Translations under genes and position numbers: made by a program
Source of the DNA: Geosiphon pyriformis uo1
Lineage: Eukaryota > Fungi > Glomeromycota
Direction: 5' to 3'
NCBI GenBank assembly: GCA_016748015.1
Contig: JAAOMT010000571.1
Location: forward strand, 995,095 to 1,059,094
DNA: 64,000 nucleotides
In this document: positions 12,231 through 24,900 of the stretch, one piece after another
How the letters are laid out: every line of letters starts with the position of its first letter
Numbering within the stretch: the first letter of the stretch is position 1
Notes under the pieces: generated by a model
Told to the model about the DNA's origin: nothing
The model's input: the letters and a program-made list of their open reading frames with translations, nothing else
Databases searched by the model: none

Positions 12231-13190
12231 TGTTACCAGTAGAATTTTAGCTATTAATTAGCATGAAATTACTTATAATTTCTATAATTAATCAGTATAT
12301 TAATATCATTTCAAATTATTATTTATTATTTAATCAATCATCACATATTACAATTCAATTAAAATAATCTAATTAGTATAACAGAAAGTAGGATGATCAA
12401 ATTACACAATACTCTGAACTTTGTAACATTCAAAAACTCGCCAAAATTTACAGAAATTCGCCGAAATTATGAATAGTTCACCCAAATTAATCAATAGTTT
12501 AGCAAAATAACTTGTAGTTTATCAAAATGTATCTTTAGTTTACCAAAATTTGAGCAAAGAGAAAAAGTGCAAGTTCATAGACTAGTACTACAACAAGTTG
12601 TATAAAAGAAGAGCTTTTCTCTTCTGAAAAATGTATCTTACTTTAGATTTATTACTTAGAACCATTCCTACACACACAAAAAGAAATAAATATCAAATAA
12701 TTCAAAAAACCAAATTCTATAATTATTGCACTTGAAAAATCCTCAAAACCCAACTAACATTTTGAAATTGATTAGCTACCAATTTCAGTAAACTGTTAGT
12801 GACTCCAGGCCTGGATAGAAAACGTTTCCCTTGATAAAATCCTATTTTTTTTACATTTCTTTTCTTTTCTTATTACAATCATTAGGGTAGCCTACAGACG
12901 AGATTCCTATAGAAGAGTTGACTTTCATAGCAAAGTAACTACACATTTTTAGTGAGCTTCCAGATGAGCAATTCCTGGGAAAGAGTTGACATTTACTACA
13001 ATGTAACTACATAAAGTAACTGGCAAAAGAATTGGCCATTCTACTTATAAGCCCAGCAGTTTAAATTATAGAAGATAATTTGAAGAGAAAATTCAGTTAT
13101 TGGAGGTTCAACTACTTCCTGAAAACGTGAATTCACAGCAAATCAACATTACCAACATTTAAGAAAAGAGACCAAAAACCTCCAGTAATA
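12231..13190 (+). repeat. 5' LTR of element C (960 bp)
   Basis: TGTTACCAG...CCAGTAATA; direct repeat of 20950-21938. Confidence 0.93.
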
Positions 13191-13235
13191 TTTGGTGCTC
13201 TCCCACGAAAATAACACAGCAACAACAAATTCAAA

Positions 13236-16200
13236 GTGGTAACCACACTAGACACAGCAACTCTAGAGTATTACCAGTCAATTTACACCCACTGCAAGCA
13301 AAGATTCAATATTCCAGACGGAATTGAAGTTGTCAAGAAATCAGTATACCAATACATTGAAAACCGCATTAACAATTATCTTTTTGGAAACTACAACATC
13401 TCAGAAGTTAGAAGCAATCTCTACAATAATTTAGTGCACTATTCACAATTGGGAACAGAAAACCTGAACAGTAAAACACTTGCTACCTACTTCCAAGAAC
13501 TTAATTTTAACATTATTGAGTATTGTGAAGAAAAATACCCAGTACAGTCTAAATACTCTTTTGACTTTGAATCAGAGACAGAAACAAGCAACAAAGGCAA
13601 ACAAAGATTGAAGCAATACTCAAAAACCACTCCAAACACTCTAACACTACAAAAGACACCTACCAAACACTTGCAAACATTTGAACAAGGAACTAGTGTC
13701 AAATTACCATTTTCTATTACACCTTTTCTAATTTTACTTGTTCAACCACAAACACCAAATTCACCACTCAACTGCTTCTCCAGACCAGAAAATTTTCAGT
13801 CACCTAGAAACCCTACTCAACAGCAGAAACCAATATCAACAAGTGCCAATATCATTGACTACTTACAGGAAAACGAAAGTAATCCTTCAGAAAGCTTGGA
13901 AAGTAAAGGAACTGAATCAGAACCAGAAGAAATTACAGAAAACAAAAAAGAAATGGCAACTGCTTACATTGTAAAAATCCCAGAATTCACTAGTAAAGAC
14001 AATGATACCAGTTCTCAAGAATGGCTTGACAAGGTTCAAAAAGCAGGAGATGCAAATGGTTGGATTGCAGCAAGAATGCTCAAAGCAATTCCCTACTTTC
14101 TCCAAGGAACAACAGGAGAATGATTTGAAAACTTAGAAAAACTATTTGAAAACTGGCAAGCATTCAAAGATGCTTTTCTACAACAATTCACTGATAACAA
14201 TATCTCTATCACTTTCAGAAACTGCTTTCACAATATTAAACAAAGAAACATCTGAAACTGTTATGACCTATCTTAGAAGATTTAACAAACTTCTCAGATG
14301 AATTCGACAATTAGAAACCAATGACTACTATTCTGATGCTCAAATTTTGGATCAGTTTATAGCAGGATTAAAAGACAAACTGATTAAGAAAGTCTGTCCA
14401 CATGCTCCAGCAGACTTAGCAACTGCTATTAGACATGCAAAAAACTATAAAATGGCAATGGAAAAAGCAAATCATACCAAGCTTGTAAACCTTGCAATTG
14501 GAGAAACCAGCTCAGCAATTGAAAAGAAGATAGACCAACTCACAAAAAAAGTTGAAAGCTACTTCACAAATCAACAACAACTACAAAGATATCAACCTCC
14601 ACAACGACGCAACCAAAACAATTTTGGATTACCATCCAACAACCAATCTCAAAATTGTCATTATTGTGGAATTCCAGAACACTGGAAACGAGATTGTAGG
14701 AAATTACAAAGAGACCAACAAAACAGGAGTAATCAATGTTACTTTTCACCACAACAATCCTATTACCAATCTCCACCACCAATCTATTATTCACCAAGAC
14801 CACAAAATCAAAACTACTATCCACCAGCTCCACAATTAATGCAGCAACAATATCAACAACCTTTACCAATTCAGCCATATCAGACACCACCCACTTAACA
14901 ATATCAAGTACCAGCAAGAAGATTAGTTCAACATAACCAATTCACACTCCAAAATCAATTGCAGAATAACCACAACAGAATCAATCTAAATAACTAGTTG
15001 GTTCCCCAAAATTCGGGTCAGCAAAGACCCAATCACTATTACACTCAACTCAGTTATCTTACAATACCAGAGGAATCAGATTTTCAACAAACTGTACTTT
15101 CTGAAGGTAAAGTTGCAGCACCAAGATCAAACCCTTCCAACTACACCATTCCATCAGCTTAAATTGCCCAAAATGCCAATCTGTTAGACATATTTCCATT
15201 TGAATTTGAAGCAAATGAATTACCATTTCTGCTTAGTAATGCAGCAGTCAATAAACAGAAAGCAATTACTGCTATGTACACAGAAGCTACAGTGGAAAGA
15301 AAACCCATTCACTTAATCTTAGATAGTGGATCAACTGGAAGTATCATCACTTACCAACTGATGCAACAACTCAAACGAAACATAGACAGACCAGCTCAAA
15401 CAGTTATTGTTACAGCTGATGGTATAAAGAAGACTCCAGTAAGAAAAATTGATGATTTTCCTTTTTCAATTGATGGAATCACCATTCCAGTTAAAGTTCT
15501 TGTTATGGATGCACCCCAATACCAAGCTCTAATCGGAAATGATTGGCTTCTCAAGGCCAATGCAAACCTGAACTGGAAAACTCAAGAACTTAAAATCTCA
15601 TACCAAGGACAATATACCATAGTACCTGCAACCTGTGGTACCTTTAACAAACGATCAGAAAAAGCTCCAATATTTGAATTTGAAGAGGAGAAAGAAATGC
15701 CACTTACTAAAACCTACATGGCTCTTGGATCAACATCCAATTGGACTGAAGAAACAGAACAAAAGATTTTTGAAGAATCAAGGGGATAGAAAAAAGTTAG
15801 ATATTCTACACCAGAACCATGGAAACAACCACCCTATATTCCATTCAAATGCAAAGATTGCAACAAAAAACTTTCATCAATGGAAGCATGTATTTCTCCA
15901 GAAGAGGAATATGAAACTCGTACCTGTTACTTTTGCAAAGCATGCCATAGAGAACGATTTGGATCTCCAAAAAAAAGTGGAAAATAGGACAACACACCTT
16001 GCCTTACATGTAGAGAAATGCTACCAGAAGAATGCAATTGGATTGATGTAGCAATGAAAAGAGGAGTATGTGATCAAACCTGTCAATATGCTCTATTAAT
16101 TTCGGAAAAAGTCAGAAGAGGAACACCATTTAATGCAGCATACAACAGTGCTCTCAATAAACTTTACCACTACCCTCATGATGCTGAAATGATTTTTGAC

Positions 16201-18840
16201 CTACCAATGGCATTGATCAATAGAGCCATCCAAGAAGATGTCCACCAAATGAAAGAAGCTGAATATATTGAGTATACCATGGAATTAGCTGGATTTGATT
16301 ATAAAGATGAAGTAAAAACCTACCACCAAATTGCAAACCACACATATCTGACCAAAAAAGCTCAAATTCAATGATTAGAGCAAATAAACATTCAATTGTG
16401 TGAAGAATGTGTCATGTCTTGTGATGACCAATGGTGTTTAGAATGTTATGCTCTTAGCATTCCTCTGCCAGATGGGAATAATGAAAATGAAATCGAATTT
16501 GGAGTATCTGAATTAGTAGAAGAACTACCAACCACTCCCATCTATCTTCTTGAAAAGCAACCACCTCTACAACTTAAATATTTTGACAACCATGGCCAAG
16601 GAATCAGACCAGAAAAAGCACACGAAATTGATGCTGGATATGACTTAAGATACCCAGGAAAAGATACTTTAATTCTCCAACCAAAGTCTTTGACAAAAAT
16701 CAATCTAAAAATTGCTCTTGAAATTCTACCAGGAGCAATAGTTCAAATTGCCTCCAGATCATCATTGGCAAGCAAAGGAATTAATATTAGAGGAGGAGTT
16801 ATAGATGCAGGATATACTGGAGACATTACCATCATGTTACAGAATGAGACAGACAAACCATTCAAAATTGAACATGCTGAAAAAATTGCTCAAGCAATTT
16901 ACTTACTCTTAATCAACATTTCGGGTTTACAATCAGTAAACAACAGAGAACAATTGGGAAAAAGTGAAAGAGGAACTCAAGGTTTTGGTTCAACTGGACA
17001 ATTTACAGTTCCAGTAAACATAGCTCTTAATACACAAAATGAATCTCACCAGGTTCTTCAACTTTCTCAACCAATTACCATTTCACTTTTTGGAGAACAT
17101 CACGAAATTTACACTTGTTCAAAACCCACTACTACTCAACAAATCTTTGAATTCAATGAACAAATTTGTTTGAAGCATGAAATATCAATTCCAAACGTTT
17201 ATATTCCCAAAAGAATGAAAAAATTTTGAGTTACATTCTACAACCCCAATAATTACCCTATTGTCTTATTAAACAAATTAGAAATTGGAATCATACATAA
17301 CAATATCTTTCAAGATGAAAACCCTCAAATTGTCTCTAATTTCATCGAAATTGTAAAGCACACTCTACTTCCAAATCCAAATATCATTTCTACTACTGAA
17401 AACTACCACTTGTTGGAAGAAAAACTCTCTCGAATCAATATGGATCCCTTAAAACCTCAACAACAAAGACAATTGAAACAATTGATAGCTGAATTTGCAG
17501 ATATATTTGCAAAAGACAACAATGACTTGGGAAAAACAAACATTGTTCAACATCAGATTCATACAGGAAATGCTCCACTAAAACATCAACAAGCCTATCG
17601 AGTGCCACCTGCCAGCCACTAATTCATCAGAGAAGAGGTCCAAAGAATGCTCAATAATGAATTGATTCAACCATCAAGAAGTCCTTAGGCCTCACCAGTA
17701 GTTTTAGTTAAAAAGAAAAACGGAAAAATCAGATTCTGTGTCAATTATAGACAACTGAATAGTATTACAATTGGAGATGCCTACCCTTTTCCAAGAATTG
17801 ATGACATGCTAGATGCTCTAGGAAAAGCCAAGTTCTTCTCAACTTTAGACTTGGAAAGTGGATACTGGCAAGTCGAAATGGACCCAAAAGACTGACCCAA
17901 AACAGCATTCACCACCCAAGGAGGAAACTATGAGTTCAATGTTATGCCTTTTGGACTCTGCAATACACCAGCAACATTCCAACGACTCATGGATGTTGTA
18001 TATGAAGAACTCTTATGGCAATCAGTAGTTGTTTACCTTGATGACACTGATGTGTACTCACCAAGCTTTGAAGCCCATCTTATTCATCTGCGAGAAGTTT
18101 TTCAACGACTACGGAAAACAGGATTAAAATTGAATATTAAGAAATGTCATTTTGGAAAAACAAGCTTAATCTTTCTTGAACACATGGTTAGCAAAGATGG
18201 AGTCAAACCAAACCCTAGAACAATTAGTGCTGTCAAAAACTTCCAAACCCCAAAAAATACCACAGAGCTACAAGAATTTGTAGGATTAGCCTCCTATTAT
18301 TGAAAATTCATCAAAGGATTCTCAGAAATTGCCAAACCACTCAATTATCTCACCAATAAAAATGTGCCATACAAATGGACTGAAAAACAACAAAAAGCAT
18401 TTGAAACTCTCAAAACAAAGCTAACAACAGCCCCAGTTCTTGCTTACTCAGACTTCAACAAACAATTTCAACTAGCCACTGATGCTTTACACATAGCATT
18501 TGGTGTTATTTTATCACAAATAGATGAAAAGGGGCAAGAACAAATTATTGTTTATGCTAGTAGAACACTCAAACCAACAGAACTAAAATATAGCTCAACT
18601 GAATTAGAAGCTGCCATAGTTATTTGGGCTCTTAAACATTTTCAACAATATCTGAAGAATGGAAAAGAATTTGACATAATAACAGACAACATTGGCCTCA
18701 AATGGCTCAATAAAAAAAAAACTGAACAAAGTGCCAAACAGTCTCAATGGAATGACTTCCTAGCAGACTACAGATATATTGTATACCACAAACCAGGAAA
18801 ACTACATATTAATGTTGATAGCCTCTCAAGAATGAGATAA
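13236..18840 (+). pseudogene. Element C gag-pol (one frameshift near 14240)
   Basis: CHYCGIPEHWKRDC, ILDSGSTGSII, DAGYDL/ASRSSL/GGVIDAGYTGDI/RGTQGFGSTG, VYLDD, FQLATDA, HKPGKLHINVDSLSRMR*. Confidence 0.9.
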
Positions 18841-18903
18841 GATTAATACCAACAACAATTCCACCACAACTTACCAACTTACCAACAAAATAACCAAAAA
18901 AAA

Positions 18904-20289
18904 ATAGATCTCAGAAATTACAGCAATCTTAAAAATTATTTGAAGACTCTTACCATGTTAGAAAACTGGTCTCCAAGTGAAAAACACCACTTACAACACC
19001 AATCAAAACAATATTTCATACACCAGAACAAAATCTATTATAAAAATCACAGAAAACCAAACCAGCCACTCAGATTAATACAAGAGAATGAAAAAGAAAC
19101 AATTTTATACAACATGTACACAGATCCGTCTTCAGCACACTTGGGAAAAGAGGGAACAATTCAAAAAACCCTTGAACATTATTTTTGGCCTCACATACAA
19201 AAAGACATTTGACAATATGTAGAATCTTGTAATAGCTGTCAAAGAAGAGGAGGAACTCACTCCACAGAACCTTTAAATCCAATCAAAGTTGGACAACTTT
19301 TTGACAGAGTTGGAATTGATTTAGTTGGACCATTACCTATCACAACCCAAGGAAATCGTTATATTGCAGTTGCAGTGGATTATCTTACCAAATGGCCTAA
19401 AGCTAGAGCCATCCAAAGAGCAGATGCAAAATCAGTAGCAAATTTCATCTATGAAGACATTATCTGTAGACATGGATGCCCAATTGAACTCTTATCTGAT
19501 CAAGGAACACATTTTGTGAACAACTTGATACAAGAAATTTGTGAATGGTTCAATGTCAAAAGACCTCTATCATTACCTTATCACCCTCAAACAAATGGAC
19601 TTGTAGAACATTTCAACAGAACATTGTGTAAATCTTTAACCAAAGTCTTAACAGACTTTGAGCAGGAATGGGATATCTTTATTTCATTAGTGTTACTAGC
19701 ATACAGAACACTAAAACAAGATACTATAAAACACATACCATTTTATCTTACTTATGGAAGGACAGCAACATTACCAATTAATTTTACAGTGGAAACATAC
19801 CCAGTACAACCAATCAATGAAAAAAACTTTCAAGAGACACTCCAAAGAAGAGCCTACACTCTTCTTAGTACACTGGAAAGAAAAAGAAGAATAGCAGCAA
19901 CTCATATTGAACATTCCCAAGCTCAACAAAAAGAAAGACATGACAACAAATTACCACCTATTACCAACAAATTTAAAGTTGAAAATAAAGTTCTCTTACA
20001 CAGAACTAAGGCTGAAAAACAATAGAGTGAGAAATTTAAAAACAAATGGGATGGACCATTTTATATTCACGAAATTCTAGACAATGGATCATACAAGTTA
20101 AGACTTAATGACAAAATATTAGCAAAAGTTGCACATAGAGACAGATTAAAACACTATCATTCCAGAAACAATCTTGAACCATTAATTCCACAAATTGGTA
20201 CACATTCCCCTTTAATTAATCCTGAAGATATTCCCCAAAATTTAGAACCAATAATTATAATAGAACAACAACCAAACTTGAACACTTAA
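18904..20289 (+). pseudogene. Element C integrase ORF (start reads ATA, probably from ATG)
   Basis: Preceded by TAA GAT TAA and a 63-nt spacer; SAHLG, CNSC, GIDLVGPL, YLTKWPKA, WDGPF; 1386 nt. Confidence 0.85.
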
Positions 20290-20412
20290 ATTTTACAATA
20301 ATTTTCTAATAAAAACACAAAGACAAAAATAGTAAATAATTACAAAACACCCAAACCCAAAAACAAATAAAAACCCCATATCCAAAAATAATTTTTTTTA
20401 TTCTCTCTTTTC

Positions 20413-20432
20413 NNNNNNNNNNNNNNNNNNNN
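20413..20432. other. Assembly gap (20 N)
   Basis: Run of n characters. Confidence 1.
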
Positions 20433-20969
20433 ACAAGAAGTTACTCTGAGAATAGATTACCAAGACTTTTGAAACAAGCACTAGAAAAAAATCTTTTAAT
20501 TGCCCCTATTGACATTCCACTAAATGCTACAATACAACAAAAACTTTTACTATTTCTCAATGAACAGAACAATGAACACACTCCTATCTATAAATACTTT
20601 CACATTGGAAAAACACTTTATAAATGAAAACTGGAACTTGAAGCAACAAATCTCACTCCTGAAGCTATACAAAAACAAATCCACAATGAATTCAAAACAG
20701 CAGCTGGACCAACAAACACTCACTACAAACTTAAAGCAGCTCTTAGACTCTATAACTTGTTTAATACTTGTGAAAATGTTCTACAAAATCTAATACTGCA
20801 ACCAATGAAAGTCCAATACATTGGCAAACTTACAGAACTGAAATTTCAACAATTTTCAGACCAGATTACTTCAATTATTTTAGATTACTATCTCAATATT
20901 ACAGATAGTACTTGGACTTCGACAGAGCTCAGTCTTGAGAAGGAGATTATGTTACCAATAGAATTTTAG
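20433..20969 (+). pseudogene. Element C ORF3, 3' part (start hidden in the gap); runs through the PPT into the 3' LTR
   Basis: One frame with a single TGA: ...YKYFHIGKTLYK*KLEL...KAALRLYNLF...IGKLTELKFQQF...LPIEF*. Confidence 0.65.
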
Positions 20970-21938
20970 CTATTAATTAGCATGAAATTATCCTTATAAT
21001 TCCTATAATTAATCAGTATATTAATATCATTTCAAATTATCATTTATTATTTAATCAATCATCACATATCATGATTTAATTAAAATAATCTAATTAGTAT
21101 AACAGAAAGTAGGATGATCAAATTACACAATACTCTGAACTTTGTAACATTCAAAAATTCGCCAAAATTTGTAAAAAATTTGCCGAAATTTACAGAAATT
21201 TGTTAAAATTATGAATAGTTCACCCAAATTAATCAATAGTTCAGTGAAATAACTTGTAGTTTATCAAAATGTATCTTTAGTTCGCCGAAATTTGAGCAAA
21301 GAGAAAAAGTGCAAGTTCATAGACTACTACAACAAGTTGTATAAAAAAAAGCTTTTCTCTTCTGGAAAATGTATTTTACTTTAGATTTATCACTTAGAAC
21401 CATTCCTACACACACAAAAAGAAATAAATATCAAATAATTCGAAAACCAAATTCTTTAATTATTGCACTTAAAAAATCCTCAAAACTCAACTAATGTTTT
21501 GAAATTAATTAGCTACCAATTTCAGTAAACTATTAGTAACTTCAGGCCTGGATAGAAAACGTTTCTCTTGATAAAATCCTATTTTTTTACATTTCTTTTA
21601 TTTTTTTCTTTTATTTTCTTATTACAATCATTAGGGTAGCCTACAGATGAGATTCCTGTAGAAGAGTTGACTTTCACAGCAAAGTAACTACACATTTTTA
21701 GTGAGCTTCTAAACGAGCAATTCTTGGGAAAGAGTTGACATTTACTACAATATAACTACATAAAGTAACTGGCAAGGAATTGGCCATTCCACTTATAAGC
21801 CCAGCAGTTCAAATTATAGGAGATAATTTGAAGAGAAAATTCAGTTATTGGAGTTTCAACTACTTCCTGAAAATGTAAATTCACAGCAAATTAACATTAC
21901 CAACATTTAAGAAAAGAGACCAAAAACCTCCAGTAATA
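20950..21938 (+). repeat. 3' LTR of element C (989 bp)
   Basis: Direct repeat of 12231-13190 with an extra GCCGAAATT-type unit and a T-rich insertion. Confidence 0.93.
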
Positions 21939-24900
21939 CTGTCTTCCATCTCCGAATTCTTGTTTTTGAAGTGATGTTAATTCTTTGTAGTCTGTGTATA
22001 CTTTAAACTTCTGGCTCAAGTATTCTTTCCATTTCATGACTGCCCAGTATATTGCTAAGTGTTTTTGTTTTGGTGTTCCATAGTTCTTTTTGGCTGGTGT
22101 TAAACCTCTGCTGGCATATGCTATTGGATGTTCTCTGCTGTCTGGTCTTCTCTGAGATAGTACTGCTCCCAATGCTTGGCCAGATGCATTGGTGGTAATG
22201 ATGAATGGTTTGCTGTGATCTGAATAGATTAGTACTGGAGCTTGAATGAGCTTTTTTTTCAGAATATCAAAAGCTTCTTGTTGACTTTCTGTTTATTCAT
22301 ATTTTGTATTCTTGGTTTGCAGTTGGTAGAGTGGCTGCACTATCTTGGAAAAGTTCTTGATAAAATGTCAATAGTAGCTGGCAAATCCCAAAAATGATTT
22401 CAGTTCTGTCATATTAGTCAGCACTGGAAAATTCTTTACTATCTCTATTTTCTCTGAATCTGTTTTGATGCCATCTTTGCTGACTATGTGTCCCAAGAAT
22501 TTTAGTTCTGTCTTGCCAAAGAAGCACTTTGTTGTATTTAATTTTAGTTCTGCTCTTCTTAGTCTTTCGAACACTTGTTGAAAATGATGAAAATGATCAT
22601 CAAATGTTTTTGAGAATACATTGGTGTCATCCAAGTATACAACTACTGATTTCCACAATAAGCCAGTATAAATGATTTCCATTAGTCATTGGAAAGTTGC
22701 TGGGGCATTGGTTAAGCTAAATGGCATTACTTCAAATTCGAAATTCTCTTTCTTTGTGATGAATGCCATTTTCTCTTTGTCAGCTGGATCCATGGCTACT
22801 TGCCAATAACCACTGTTCAGGTCTAATGTTGAAAACCATTTGTTTCCACCGAAAGCATCGAATAATTCTTGGATCCATAGAGTGGGGTAGTTATCTCCAT
22901 AAGTTACTCCATTGAGTTTTCTATAATCTACACAAAAGCGAATTTTCTCATTCTTTTTTTGGATAAGTACCACTGGTGATGACCATGGGCTCATTGATGG
23001 CTGAATTAGCCTGTTGTCAAGCATTCAGTTTATCTGTTGATGGATAATCTCATGGCTAGCTGGTGGTACTCTGTATGTTTTTTGTTTAATTGGCATTGCA
23101 TCCCCAGTCTTAATCTGATGCTGGATGATGTTAGTTTGGCCAAACTTGTTTTCACTGGCAAAGATGTCATTGAAATTGTTAAGCAACATTTTAAGTTGCA
23201 TATGTTGAAGTAGATCTAAGTTTCCCATGTTTATTTGTTCCAACTGTTCTGGTTGGAGCAAATAACATTTGCTTTGTCCATATATTGTTTGTAATGTGAT
23301 ATCAACATATCTACAAAGCTGTGGAAAGTCTAAAATGGTGCTTAGTGGTTGATTCTCTATTTCAGTGGTCAAATATCTAATGATAGTTCCTTCCAGTATA
23401 TTGACAACATTTCCAGTGTTGTTGTAGATAGGAATTTTGATGTGGTTATAGTTCTTGGCTGGTATGTGGAGATTGATGAGTCCAACTTCTCCTGATTCAC
23501 AAAGACTTGCTTCTGCTTCAAAAATTTGTGCTTGGTCTTTTACCTCCCTCTCTATTGTTATCATGTACTGGTCATATGGTGAAATGGAAATTGCTTGACC
23601 GGTTAAGATAATTTCTCCTTGGCCAACAATTTTTTCTTCTGCCATATTAACTGGTACATCTATTTTACTCATTGATCCAAATCCCTATATTCCTCTTACT
23701 GTTATTCCTAATTTCTTCCTCTTTCCCATTGATACTAACTGAGCTACTCTAACCAGAAACAGAAATATTGTCTGTGTTATCTTTTTGTTGGGCTCTATTA
23801 TATAGGCCTTTTCTGAGTCATTTTGTAGCATAGTGATGATATTTCCTACATATTCTGCATCAATTATTCCTTCTCTTATATTAATCCCTCTTTTTGCTAA
23901 ACTACTTCTAGATGCTAGTTGAACCATTGTTGTTGCTAGAATTTTCAGCGCTATTTTCAAAGCTATTTTCAAATCAATGCAGGTGTGCAAATATGGTTCC
24001 AATTTGATGGCATCTTTTCCTAGATACCTCAAGTCAAATCTGGCATCAGTATCATGCACGCATTCTGGCATAATACTTTCATTATTATCGCTGAACCATT
24101 TCAGCTTTTGTTCTTTGGCGAGGTCAGGAAGTGTGATATATTGTTCATATTTTGAGTCAGAGTTTGAATCTGAGTTGATATTGTTGTCATTGCCATTGCC
24201 ATTTTGAACGGAGCTGGAACTATTATCCTCGTTGTTGTTGTTGTCGGAGTTTGAATTGGGATTGAATGGTGATTCCAACTCTGATGTGCAGCTGCTGATT
24301 GGTTTTTCCTCTTTGGAGATTGTGTAGATCATGCATAGTAGTGGATTGTAAATGAGGTTACAATTGTTACAATATTCAAAGTCACTGAAAATTAAACAAT
24401 GGCGACACAGTCTTGTATTCAACTGTGCTAGCCATTGTTCTTGCTCCTCCCTAGTGAGTGCCAAGTTTTAATAGTGTTCATGAAACTCTTCTGGTTCCAG
24501 GAAATTTATGACTGGCTCTGCATCTCAGTCAAGCTCAATGGGTTCTGGTGGGTTGTTTTTAATTGTCCTAATTTCTTCTGGCAATGCACCTTCAATTTTG
24601 GCAATTGCCATCTGCCATAATTTATTGTCATCGTGTGGACAACTGTCCAATTGCTGCACAGCTTTTCTTTAGGTGGCTTCTATTGGTGTTTCTTTCTCGA
24701 CCCAATTGCTGATGAGGATTATGTATTGGCAGGAAATGTCGCATGTTCCTCCTCTTCCAGGAATGTTGTTCCACATTCTTTCATTGAGGAGAGTTTCTCC
24801 ACAGGCTAAACATGGTGTATTATCCCATCTTCTTACTCGTTTTAGTCTTTCAAAGTGTTCGACGAGGCATGCACAGCAATAGAACTTGGTTGCTGTCTGA

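Larger units (their letters stand above)
12231..21938 (+). mobile_element. Ty3/Gypsy LTR retrotransposon C (family 2), full length, inserted in the RNase H of B
   Basis: LTR pair 12231-13190 and 20950-21938, unrelated in sequence to family-1 LTRs. Perfect 4-bp TSD CTGT (12227-12230, 21939-21942). PBS TGGTGCTCTCCCACG at 13193. Confidence 0.95.

Noticed and set aside
14235-14250. Frame change in element C gag as a programmed frameshift
   Set aside because: One extra A mid-capsid; A has no shift at the equivalent site, so a post-insertion indel or assembly error is more likely.
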